Below are positions 10,678 through 21,884 of a DNA stretch of 64,000 nucleotides, piece after piece. This DNA is from Neoechinorhynchus agilis (Eukaryota; Animalia; Acanthocephala), in assembly GCA_051530055.1 (NCBI GenBank), contig CM121342.1, positions 8,006,691-8,070,690 of the forward strand, read 5' to 3'. The notes below the pieces were generated by a model. It was not told where the DNA came from. It worked only from the letters and a program-made list of their open reading frames with translations, and ran no database searches. Position numbers and translations under genes: made by a program. Within the stretch, counting starts at the first letter, position 1. Each line of letters starts with the position of its first letter.

Positions 10678-11616
10678 ATGACATTTATTGGTGACAGCGA
10701 TGGGATAGAACAAATAGTGAAGCAGCAGGCCAGACTCATCGAGCTTTTGGTGGATCAGAAAAAAAAGAGAGAAGCAGAAATATCGGCGTTCCGACCGTTT
10801 GGAGAGGACGAGAATTGGAGAGATTACATATTGCAAATGGAGCAGCACTTCGAATGGTGCAAAGTAACCGATCCAAAGACAAAAAAAGCATGTTTGTTGT
10901 CATGGATGGGACCGAAAACTTTTCGTCAATTGACCAAGGTTGTCACTCGCGAGAAAATATCGGAGGTGGCATATGATAAGATAATAGAGATAATCGGAAA
11001 ATTAGCTGGAGGATATGAGCACGAGGTAACAAGCAGGTATCGATTCGCGCAGATGAAAATGAAGTCGAACCAAAGCTACGAAGAGTGGTTTGCGGAGCTG
11101 AAGGGAGCTGGCGAAGGATGTTCCTTTTTCAAAGAAGATATTCAAACCGAGGAAGACGCATTGGCAGACAGAATTCGAGATCACGTGGTGCTGAATACAC
11201 CACACGAAGCGATCAGAAGATCTGCCCTACAAGAAGAAAACCTCACCTTTGAAATTTTGCGACAAATCGCTCAGAGGTACGAGGCGACTACAATAGCGAT
11301 GGCCATTATTCCAAAGCAGGAATCAGAGCAAGAAGATAAAATTTTCAAACTGGAGAAAAATCGAAAAGAGCTACGAAAATATAGAGTGGAAAATAATAGG
11401 GGCTGCCCGCGTTGCGATTACGACCATGCTGGAAATCAAGAATGCCGTTCAAAGGGACGCAAATGCTTTAAGTGCGGGAAAATTGGACACTTCACTAGGA
11501 AATGTCGAACACAGCAGGTAAAACTGATTCAAGACGAAAATTTGGAATCTAGCGATGACGAAGTAGAGATCTTCAAAGTCAATGGAGCTGATAACAGAAA
11601 GAACGGACAGGCATAG
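10678..11616 (+). CDS. gag: Gag of the gypsy element, two Cys/His knuckles
   Basis: ENWRDYILQMEQHF...KKACLLSWMG; CPRCDYDHAGNQEC and CFKCGKIGHFTRKC. Confidence 0.88.
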   Translation: MTFIGDSDGIEQIVKQQARLIELLVDQKKKREAEISAFRPFGEDENWRDYILQMEQHFEWCKVTDPKTKKACLLSWMGPKTFRQLTKVVTREKISEVAYDKIIEIIGKLAGGYEHEVTSRYRFAQMKMKSNQSYEEWFAELKGAGEGCSFFKEDIQTEEDALADRIRDHVVLNTPHEAIRRSALQEENLTFEILRQIAQRYEATTIAMAIIPKQESEQEDKIFKLEKNRKELRKYRVENNRGCPRCDYDHAGNQECRSKGRKCFKCGKIGHFTRKCRTQQVKLIQDENLESSDDEVEIFKVNGADNRKNGQA

Positions 11617-14452
11617 GTGACCGTACGTTTGAATAATGTGCGAACAAAGATGCAATTCGATACGGGCGCCGATGTGAGCATTATTTCTCGATCCGTTTGG
11701 GAGGCGATTGGACAGCCGACTTTAAGACGGAGTAAAATATTGATAAGTTTCGGTGGATCGAGAATTCATAGCCTTGAAGAGTGCAGAATTAGCGTACAAC
11801 TAAGAAATATGAAGCAGGTGAAAGCAACAGTCGTGGAAAGTGCCGATAAATGTCTGTTCGGTTTACCATGGTGTCGAAAATTCAGATTGAACATGTCCCG
11901 AGGAGTATATGTGAATGCGATAAATAACGTGACAGATGAAGAAAAGGTTCGTTGTTGTTTGAGGGTACATGAAGTGGTGTTTATCAAAAAGAGAGAACCC
12001 ATCAAAGATATGATTGTGAAATTACAATTAAGACGAAACGCAGAGCCGATAGTTGCAAGTAGTCGCAGAATACCATATGCCCTTGAAATCCCAGCAAAGA
12101 GAGTAGATAGATTGATCAACGAAGGAATATTAGAGCCGGTGAATGAATCTATAGGAAATGTGGAATGGGCCACTCCAATAGTGGTCATACGAAAACTAAA
12201 TAACAAAGTGCGCATTTGTGGTGATTTTAAGGTAACGATAAATAGGTTTTTATCCGCGGATGGCTATCAAATACCTTGTCTGGATAAGGTGGCGCGAAAA
12301 TTATGTGGAGGAGAGAAGTACTCGACCTTGGACTTAACGGATGCCTATTTGCAATTGAAAGTGGATGATGAAACGAAAAGTTGTTGCTCACTGTTGCAAC
12401 GTCATGGGGGCTGATGAGATATACGAGACTGCCTTTTGGAATTTCGGCAGCTCCCAAAATATTTCAGAGATTCATGGATGAACTCTTGAAAGACGTTCCG
12501 TTCACATGCGCCTATCTTGACGATATCATTATTACGGGAAAAAACGACGATGAGCATTTAGAAAATTTAAGTAAGGTACTGGGAAAACTGTCGGATGCAG
12601 TGGTCGGTATTAGAAAGGAGAAATGTCAATTCTTGCAACGATCAGTCAAGTACCTTGGTCATGTGTTAAAGAAGGGTCACATGTACGCTAGCGAAGAGAG
12701 AGTGGAAGATTTAAGAAGAGCAATCGAGCCGAAAAACAAGAAACAGTTGCGGACATTCTTAGGAGCTGCGAATTTTTTTGGGCCGATTCATTCCTGATTT
12801 CCACACCATTTGTTCTCCGCTATATGATCTCATTAAGAATCACATTCCGTGGAAATGGGAGAGGTCCCACACAAAGGCTTTCAACAAGGTCAAGGAAGCG
12901 ATATTAAATAATATTAGCTTGAAGTTATACGATCATAGTAAACCGATAACGCTAGCATGTGATGCAAGTGATGGGGGAATTGGCGCCGCGTTGTTCCAGC
13001 TGGACAAGGCAAGTGGAAAGCAATTACCGATAATGCTAACTTCGAAAAAACTCACACCCACCGAAAAGAGATATTCAACAATCGATAGGGAGGCGTTGGC
13101 GATCGTACATGCGATAAAGTGATTTCATAATTATTTGTATGGGAGAACATTTACGCTGGAAACAGATCACCAACCCCTCAAACACATTTTCGGGGAAAAG
13201 CGTGATCTTAGTAAGATGACTAACGGCAGGTTAGTTCGTTGGGCATTACTGCTTAACGAATACGATTATCAAATACGCTATGTCAAAGGAAAAAGCAACT
13301 TGTATGCGGATTGTTTGTCAAGAATGCCAAATGGAACAGCGAAGATATGTGATAACACAGTGGACATAACGATACTTGAAGCGGCGCAGCAACAGTACAC
13401 GGAACAGTCGAATCTTTATTGTCAAGTGATTCGACAAGCAACTCAGGAAGAGTGAAACTCTGAGGAAGACAAAAGGATTCTTGAGGTATGCCTGGACCAT
13501 GAACATCAAGGAAGTCGAAAAAGCTTTTTGGGATAGGAAAGATGAACTCTCAGAGGAGAATGGATTGGTTATGTGGCAGCATAAAATTATTGTACCAGAA
13601 TGTCTACGCAGCACAGTACTCACACATTTGCATAGAGGTCACCCGGGCATAGAATCAATGAAGAGGCTAACTCGACATTATGTGTGGTGGCCGAAGATAG
13701 ACGATAATGTTGAAAGATTTGTGGGCCGTTGCGTGCATTGCCAAAAGACAAGACCGATGGTACAAAAAGAACCAGTGATGCCCTGGGATAGACCGAAAAG
13801 AGTTTGGAGTCGACTGCACTTGGATTTGGCAGGGCCTGTTCACAATAAAATGTATTTGATTCTGGTCGATGCCACAAGCAAATGGGTCGAGATCTGGAAC
13901 GTGAATGGCAAAGCGACGACAAGCAATATAATAGTCCGGTTGAAAGATTGTTTCGCCCGTTTCGGAGCCCCGAGTAAAATTATAACAGATAATGGTTCGC
14001 AATTCAAATCCGAGGAGTTTGGAAAGTTCTGTCAAACTAGAGGGACAAAGCATGGAACTTCGAGCCCATACCTAGAAATAATGGTGGGAACATTCAAAAG
14101 AACAAAAGATGAGAATGGAAACATACATCAAGACGAAATATGGGAGTTTTTAGAGAATTACCGAAACACTGAGAATAGTGTCACCGGAGTGTCACCAGCA
14201 ACCTTAATGTTACGAAGGCGCCTGCCCACAGTTTTCGACAATATCAGATCGGAAAACGAGATGAGTGAATTGAACCATGGTAGCAAATCAGCCAGAAAAT
14301 TACGAGAGTTTAAAGACAATCAAACGATATGGTATAGAAGGCCCAAAGATGAGAGATGGGGGGAAGGAATGATCACGAGACGTACCGGTCCGGTATCATA
14401 TCGAATCACTAACAAGGATGGTATCGAAGAACGAATGCATGGGATTTCGTAA
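11617..14452 (+). pseudogene. pol: Disrupted pol (protease, RT, RNase H, integrase)
   Basis: FDTGAD; WATPIV, RICGDF, YLDDII; LACDAS, YSTIDREALAI; H-H-C-C zinc finger, IITDNGSQF. Frameshifts near 12400, 12780 and 13460, and an in-frame stop near 13122. Confidence 0.92.
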
Positions 14453-15597
14453 GACCACGAGAAAATGACGGGAATGTCAAAAATGAGCCAGAAAGCGAAA
14501 TGGTGGAAAACGAAACTGCAAAGGCAATAAAGGACGAACAGCAGTCTATGAACGAGCGAAACGATGAAGATAATGACGATGTAAGAGATTACGAGAAGGG
14601 CAAACCGACTGAAATAATACTGTGAAGAAGTAGTCGACTAAGACGTTCTCCCCAAAGGTTCAGATGATGAGGGGGAGAAGATGCCATGATTTGCATGGTG
14701 ACGCAAATACACATGATATATATAGTGGTAGTGATAGCGTGCGAGGGTGAATATAAAAAGTTGTTGTAACTCTGCTCATGAGAACTACCAAACGATCCGA
14801 ATGCCTGAACACGAAAGGGAACAAAATAATGATTTCAACCCCTGTATTTAATCTTTTTGCGTTCCTCAGCGACGGTTGCTGTCCTTCCTTCGGTTTAATA
14901 GTGGCGAATTTTATGTTGATGGCTGCGAAGCAAAAGCTGCTCGGCTCTCGGATGTTGGGAACATTCACAGTATTCAGGAAACAACTAAGAATAAAAGGGG
15001 GTCTACGAGCTTCGAGGAAACGTGCCCAGCAAGCGGCCGATTAGAGTTTTGTCGGTCGTCAGCCTTCTGGGCACACCTTGCTCAGTAAAAATGCATTCCA
15101 CTGGAGTTACCAAGGAGCTTCTGAGAACACTATTAGATAGTACGAAATAAAATTTATTGTTTACGTTTATTTTTATACTTTTCTTAAATTTGATCAAACT
15201 TTTATAGCAACAGATCGATTTTTATAAAAGTAATAGCTTCTTGAAATGGGTTTCTAGCGATCTTGGTCATTTGAAACTGAATGATTAATGAGCGAACAAA
15301 AAAGATTGCGGATCGGAAATAAGTTCTTTATGAATTTTGACAGAAAATCGGAAATTGAGATCAACGGAAGCGATCGTCACCTTTTATAAGATAAAAAGTT
15401 ATTTGCACGAATTAAAGACTTTCCTCGCGACAGCTAAGTTAAATCTGTTGTGCTCGAAAGTAGTTACGAAACAGTAAAACATTTTTAGCATATCTAATGC
15501 GCTGATTTCAATGGTATTATCTGATTTTAATGATTCTTGCAAGTTTAGTGATTTTTCCCTTATAAAGTAACGAGTTTTTGTATAGACACCAAGCGAC

Positions 15598-16251
15598 TTA
15601 GTGTTCAACGTTATCTTGAAGGTACAAGCTACATCTATTTTTTGCGGCTGCTTCAGAGAAATGCAGATCCAGAATATTCCTAATGTCTTTATGATACGTC
15701 TGTTCCTTGGCTCCATGCATTTGTTCGTCTTCCATAACGGCCATCTCGATGGCCTCTGGTAAAACAACCGGTTTTGACTTCATTTTCTCAATCGCTACAG
15801 GATTAGTCATCCAATTATAAGTTCCATTGGATGCATTGTACTGGATTTTGGGCAAAATATCCATCAGAGCTCCCCTAATGATTGCTGATATAGACATAAA
15901 TCGTGAAGATACCACTTCGTATAATGTAGGAGCTCTTTTCACTTTTCCGTCCTGGAACACGGCATAGTAGGCAAGTGCTTTGGTTTCTTGGTAGTCCCGA
16001 CGTTTCTTCACTACTATCCATACTTGATGTGGCGAATCAGCTTCTTCGGTCTCATCATTGACCAGCGAATAAAATTCACCGATTTGATCTCTGCTCTCAC
16101 AAATACAATTCTCATCGAAAAAGGGATTCGAACTGCGGCAAAAATATTCCAGAACTTTATCGCGTCTTAGCGTGGAAGAGTCGCAATAAACCTGGATCCA
16201 TGCAATCTCAGACCAAGAATCAGGATTCGACGAATCGATTTTATCTGACAT
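15598..16251 (-). CDS. MED6: Mediator subunit 6 (single coding exon)
   Basis: KVLEYFCRSSNPFFDENC, LAYYAV...VKRAPTLYEVVSSR, QYNASNGTYNW match the MED6 pattern. Confidence 0.85.
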   Translation of the reverse strand: MSDKIDSSNPDSWSEIAWIQVYCDSSTLRRDKVLEYFCRSSNPFFDENCICESRDQIGEFYSLVNDETEEADSPHQVWIVVKKRRDYQETKALAYYAVFQDGKVKRAPTLYEVVSSRFMSISAIIRGALMDILPKIQYNASNGTYNWMTNPVAIEKMKSKPVVLPEAIEMAVMEDEQMHGAKEQTYHKDIRNILDLHFSEAAAKNRCSLYLQDNVEH

Positions 16252-16673
16252 CTAAAAATTAATGCTATGGAGGAGAAACCAATCTAAGTAGTTGTTGCAT
16301 TTGAAGCTCGTTTTTCACCTTTTATTCTGAAAACGTCCTAAAAAACGTTAGGAAGTAATTATTTCCCCGAATATAATTAATAGAGAGATGCAAATAATTG
16401 AAATTGGATGCCTGCGTTCTATAAGTTAAAATCGACTAATTAAGTGTATCCCAATTGTTAAAATTCTATTATTTCGAAGATGTTCTCGTCGGAACTCTTC
16501 CAAAAATTTTATTTATAGAAAGATAAAAAATCCAACGTTCTAATTTTTTTGAGAGTAAGAATTGAGACAATTCGTGTACTTGGTTGTTTTTTTGAAAAGC
16601 AATTTGCCAGTATTAAATAATTGAGGAAAAAACATTTCGCGCCCATGGTCGTTGCTTTAACAAAATTAGTATT

Positions 16674-19117
16674 TCATAGTTCATCTCGTGCGAACGAATA
16701 TCGTTCCTTAGAAGGTGCCAGCATCGAAAATACGGATTCTGGCACTTGTGTCTTTTTCTCAGCATCCTTGAATTGTTCCTCATTAATCACCGGCCTAACC
16801 GACGATGGTGCTTCAAAAGCGATATGAAATTCATGAGGTTGAAAAGGTACTCCGAGCATCCTGGAGATCATTTGAATGTGTAATTCTTTATGTAAAGCTC
16901 CAGATAAGAATTTCTCGATCCAATTCCCGAATTTTTCCACGTCACTGTGGCATTATGCGATATTAGTGTAATGTATTGAAGGAAAAGACTAACTTTAGAA
17001 ATCCCATATCAGGAATGACGTACATGTGTTGGAAGCTATCGATCATAACAAGCGGTAGATCGTTGATTGATTTCCCCAGATGCGTGAGAGGATGATTGAA
17101 CAAAATTCCATCGGCATGTAAGAAATTCAACGAACCTGTATTCGGAATTATCGCTCTCACTCAAAGAAACTCTAGCTTACTTTTATACTTTAACAATTGA
17201 GGTTTTGAAAGAATCTTTTCGAATTGATCCAGAGATTGGTTATCTTCTGGTCTGTGTAATAGTACGAGAAGTTGCCTTCCCTCGTCAGTCATCTGCTCCG
17301 CATTCTCAAATGTAAGTAGACGGACAAGAGGAACGCAGTGATCAGTGGCTTTGATCAGAATGTCCGTCGTATCCCCGTGAAATGGAATATCGTGGAAGAG
17401 ATGATCTATATAGACACCCTCGATCACCAATCTTCAATCGCTTAGACTTATTGTGCTGTTTATCCCAAAATGTTATCTCGTCTTCGAACCTTTGACCGCT
17501 AACATTCATTTCCATGATAGATGGATTCGAATGTAACAGAAAGTTACAGTCGTCCCTTAGTACACTCGCCGATCTTTTGAACATTCGCATAAAGTCACTC
17601 TGGTCATCAGATGGTGACCGGGTTGTGTTCAATAACACAAATCTATCGGTGCTCGATATGTCAAATATTCGGGAAAAACCGGCAGGAACGATCTTTATTG
17701 GATCAGTGAGTTCGCGACGAATAAAGTGTGTCAAATTCTCTACTGTCCTAAATGCAGGCATAAAGTAGCCATTTCCGCAAAATATCATTTTTTTTAAAAC
17801 CAAGAAAGATTCAGCTTCAGATGACTTTTTTTATAAAAATGAATTAAAAACTTTTTATCTTTTGAAGTCTGGCTAGCCGGGTTTTCTTATTTTATTAAAC
17901 ATTTTTCAATGGCTGATACTTTGTCCTTGAGCAAAGCAAATAAAATTGACGATCCACCTTTTTTTTAAATTGGAGCATAAAATTCAGGGGAATTGAATCG
18001 AAATTTACTATTAAAATCACCATTTTTGCCCGTTCTAATTATGGAATTTATTAAATGACGGAATAGTGTAGTCACTTAAAAATTATTACTAAAGAATCCC
18101 TACTAAACGACTCCTAAGGGTGATATAAATTCTTAAACGCAAATAAAAGCATCCATAATCCTTCGTTTCTGTTCTCTGGCGATTTCGCTTGCTTTTTTTT
18201 CGTTTAAATCCGGACAGGCGCAAAAAATAAGCATTGCGGTGCTGCGGGGCAATGCGGCTAGCATTTTGGCCAGCGCCGATGAATAGGAGCGTCGAAGAAA
18301 CTATAAATTATGTATGCCTGCTTTTGATTAAATTCTACAAAATATCAAAAAAATAAAATAAAAAAAAAGATTACACCAACGAAAACAATGGATTTTTTAT
18401 TTTGTTTAAAAAAGACACTACAAATGAAAAAAGAGGATAAAATTAATTGTTTCAAAGATTGAACTGTTCATGTTAGTTTTTTTATGGCGTGTAAAAATTA
18501 AAACAATATATTGATTCCGATTGTTTTCGACAAGGCACAATCTTGCACGTCTTTTGATCAAGGTTCTTAAATATGGGGAATCAATTTCTTTTAATGTTTA
18601 CACGCCCTATAAAAACTAACACGAATTCGTATTTTATTTTGAATTTGTTTAAACTCAAAGCTTACTAAAGAAACCAAAAGATCGAAAGAGATAAAGAAAC
18701 CGATTTCGAATAATTGGAAGCGCAAACAAACCTTGGTCCCCTATACTCGTTCTTGGCCATTAATCCGTATCGATAGAGTTTGAAAGTAGGAAATTTAGTG
18801 ACGGACAGTGAGTTAGCGAGATGCTCGTTTTTGTTATAATTAATACGTCCAATAAATAATCGATTTGAATTGTTACCGGCCAATTCTTTGGCCTTGGTTG
18901 CAAACTCGTCGAAAATAGGCTCGAGTGATCGACTGAAATGGCACCATTCCGCATAAAAGTTTAAGAATACAATGTCATATTGCTCTAAATCGGTCACGGT
19001 AACGTCCTAAGAATAAAAGTGGAACTCACTTAATATTTGATCGTATTTGGAAGCGGAAACTTCTTGAACACTCGAACCGTAAGTGGTTATCGGTAACAAA
19101 AGTGCCAACAGCAACAT
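16674..19117 (-). CDS. ERP44: ER resident protein 44 (thioredoxin family), multi-exon
   Basis: Signal-peptide-like N-terminus. VFLNFYAEWCHFSRSLEPIF (CxxS), KFPTFKLYRYG...NEYRGPR, C-terminus LAPSKERYSFARDEL (RDEL retention signal). Confidence 0.92.
18217..18317. repeat. 101-bp dispersed GC-rich structured repeat, inverted copy at 34746-34846
   Basis: 98/101 identity. Internal GCATTGC-N11-GCAATGC hairpin. This copy lies in the ~985-nt ERp44 intron. Confidence 0.9.
18471..18621. mobile_element. MITE-like foldback (about 45-bp imperfect TIRs) in ERp44 intron
   Basis: TGTTAGTTTTT..TATGGCGTGTAAAAATTAAAA...ATTGATTCC versus GGAATCAAT...TTTTAATGTTTACACGCCCTATAAAAACTAACA. No clear TSD. Confidence 0.6.
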
Positions 19118-19302
19118 CAACGTCTAAGATCGCGAAATGTAAAGCGTTGCATGGCAAACAACCAAGACTTACAATGACCATCTATCCAAGTAAGAAGATT
19201 AGTGTTCTCTTCCTTCAATGTCGGATTTATTTGTTTAAGTGAGCGCAATAAATCAAGAAGAAGTGAATCTTTTTGTATTTTTGTCCATCATCGATACGCT
19301 GA

Positions 19303-21616
19303 TCGGCCGTGTGAGTCATCGGCGATCGTGGATATTGGATAATTGGAAGTTGAAAAAGAGATATTCGGGACCGAGGTCCACTAGGACACCTCGTTACAGC
19401 TACAGAAATATACAAACTCTGCCAGTTTTATTGTCTTGGGCTAAGTGTTCAATTCTCTTATGTCTACTGAAAAGTTGGCTGTATAAATTAAGTTTTGTGA
19501 GAATCCCTTTCTCGGCTTTGTCCTTTTGGTCACACAACAAAACCGATATCTTTCTTTAGGGAAGTGATTGAACGACTTCCCTTAACCACACGTATATGAG
19601 TTTTGTACCCGGATACCTCCGGATCCTTAGATACCTCCTCCCGAGGGTAGGCGGGAGATTCATCAGGTGAGTTTCCTCCTACCTTCTCCCCTTCAGCCGT
19701 GTGAGTCATAGGCGACCTTGGATATTGAATGAGTGGAAGTTGAAAAAGAGATATTCGGGACCGACGTCCACTAGGACACCTCGTTACAGCTACAGAAATG
19801 TACAAACTCTGCCAGTTTTATTGTCTTGGGCTAAGTGTTCAATTCTCTTATGTCTACTGAAAAGCTGGCTATATTAATTAAGTTTTGTGAGAATCCCTTT
19901 CTCGGCTTTGTCCTTTTGGTCACACAACAAAACCGATATCTTTCTTTAGGGAAGTGATTGAACGACTTCCCTTAACCACACGTGAATATGAGTTTTGTAC
20001 CCGGATACCCCCGGATCCTCAGATACCTCTTCCCGAGGAGTAGGCGTCAGATTCATCAGTGAGTTTCCTCCTACCTTCGGCCGTGTGAGTCATCGGCGAT
20101 CGTATATATTGGATAATTGGAAGTTGAAAAAGAGATATTCGGGACCGACGTCCACTAGGACACCTCGTTACAGCTACAGAAATATACAAACTCTGCCAGT
20201 TTTATTGTCTTGGGCTAAGTGTTCAATTCTCTTATGTCTACTGACAAGTTGGCTATATTAATTAAGTTTTGTGAGAATCCCTTTCTCGGCTTTGTCCTTT
20301 TGGTCACACAACGAAACCGATATCTTTCTTTAGGGAAGTTATTGAACGACTTCCCTTAACCACACGTGAATATGAGTTTTGTACCCGGATACCTCCGGAT
20401 CCTTAGATACCTCCTCCCGAGGAGTAGGCGGGAGATTCATCAGTGAGTTTCCTCCTACCTTCAACCGTGTGAGTCATCGGCGATCGTTGATATTGGATAA
20501 TTGGAAGATGAAAAAGAGATATTCGGGACCGACGTCCACTAGGACACCTCGTTACAGCTACAGAAATATACAAACTCTGCCAGTTTTATTGTCTTGGGCT
20601 AAGTGTTCAATTCTCTTATGTCTACTGACAAGTTGGCTGTATAAATTAAGTTTTGTGAGAATCCCTTTCTCGGCTTTGTCCTTTTGGTCACACAACGAAA
20701 CCGATATCTTTCTTTAGGGAAGTTATTGAGCGACTTCCCTTAACCACACGTGAATATGAGTTTTGTACCCGGATACCTCCGGATCCTTAGATACCTCCTC
20801 CCGAGGAGTAGGCGGGAGATTCATCAGTGAGTTTCCTCCTACCTTCGGCCGTGTGAGTCATCGGCGATCGTTGATGTTGGATAATTGCAAGTTGAAAAAG
20901 AGATATTCGGGACCGAGGTCCACTAGGACACCTCGTTACAGCTACAGAAATATACAAACTCTGCCAGTTTTATTTTCTTGGGCTAAGTGTTCAATTCTCT
21001 TATGTCTACTGACAAGTTGGCTGTATAAATTAAGTTTTGTGAGAATCCCTTTCTCGGCTTTGTCCTTTTGGTCACACAACGAAACCGATATCTTTCTTTA
21101 GGGAAGTTATTGAGCGACTTCCCTTAACCACACGTGAATATGAGTTTTGTACCCGGATACCTCCGGATCCTCAGATACCTCTTCCCGAGGAGTAGGCGTC
21201 AGATTCATCAGTGAGTTTCCTCCTACCTTCGGCCGTGTGAGTCATCGGCGATCGTATATATTGGATAATTGGAAGTTGAAAAAGAGATATTCGGGACCGA
21301 GGTCCACTAGGACACCTCGTTACAGCTACAGAAATATACAAACTCTGCCAGTTTTATTGTCTTGGGCTAAGTGTTCAATTCTCTTATGTCTACTGACAAG
21401 TTGGCTATATTAATTAAGTTTTGTGAGAATCCCTTTCTCGGCTTTGTCCTTTTGGTCACACAACAAAACCGATATCTTTCTTTAGGGAAGTTATTGAACA
21501 ACTTCCCTGAACAATATGCGAATATGAGTTTTGTACCCGGATACCTCCGGATCCTTAGATACCTCCTCCCGAGGAGTAGGCGGGAGATTCATCAGTGAGT
21601 TTCCCTCCTACCTTCG
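19303..21616. repeat. Tandem array of a 384-bp unit, 6 copies
   Basis: Unit starts (TTGTACCCGG) at about 19603, 19995, 20379, 20763, 21147 and 21531. Begins ~190 bp upstream of the ERp44 ATG. Confidence 0.97.
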
Positions 21617-21884
21617 CAATCTACGACGACATGAAGAACTGTGTCTGTTTCCGAGAAGATCTCTCTGACCCATTCCCCAGTGAATAAACAGGGTTGTGTA
21701 CTTCCACCAACACTTTTCTCGGTGCATTGAGCTTATGTAGTCCAAAATAATTACATACCACACCATTTCAGGGTTACAGTACAATGTCGTTATAATTACT
21801 TTATCTTGAACATGCATAGGCTTAAATCCAAGACGAAAAACACCACAATACCCATCATTGAATTGCATTAATTGTATGAAAACC

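Larger units (their letters stand above)
10575..14783 (+). mobile_element. Full-length but decayed Ty3/gypsy LTR retrotransposon (Mag-like)
   Basis: 5-bp TSD ACTAC (10570-10574, 14784-14788). LTRs at 10575-10683 and ~14679-14783. PBS-like TGGTGACAGCG at 10689 and polypurine tract GAGGGGGAGAAG. Order gag-PR-RT-RH-INT. Confidence 0.95.
10488..15110 (-). mobile_element. CRE-clade-like non-LTR retrotransposon relic (restriction-like endonuclease region), split by the gypsy insertion; occupies about 10488-10574 and 14784-15110
   Basis: Joining the flanks gives LNTVNVPNIREPS...GRTATVAEERKKIKY...YFVPFRVQAFGSFGSAAQDLV...RRITGDPRSRAFL, with stops and frameshifts. Parallels the ORF at 28937-29311. Confidence 0.75.

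Noticed and set aside
11614-11616. In-frame TAG between gag and protease as programmed readthrough
   Set aside because: The element has several other stops and frameshifts and Mag-type elements usually have one ORF, so a mutation is simpler.
8851-14053. Antisense or overlapping ORFs within the orphan gene and gypsy element
   Set aside because: Shadow frames of the coding strand with no recognisable motifs.
20660-20690. ATCCCTTTCTCGGC...CCTTTTGG in the 384-bp unit resembles the U2 snRNA 5' end
   Set aside because: No GTAGTA branch-recognition sequence or downstream U2 structure, and not conserved in the diverged copy.
19303-21616. 384-bp array as spliced-leader RNA, tRNA or 5S genes
   Set aside because: No donor, stem-loop and Sm site in the right order on one strand; A/B-box-like words are too close together and there is no cloverleaf.
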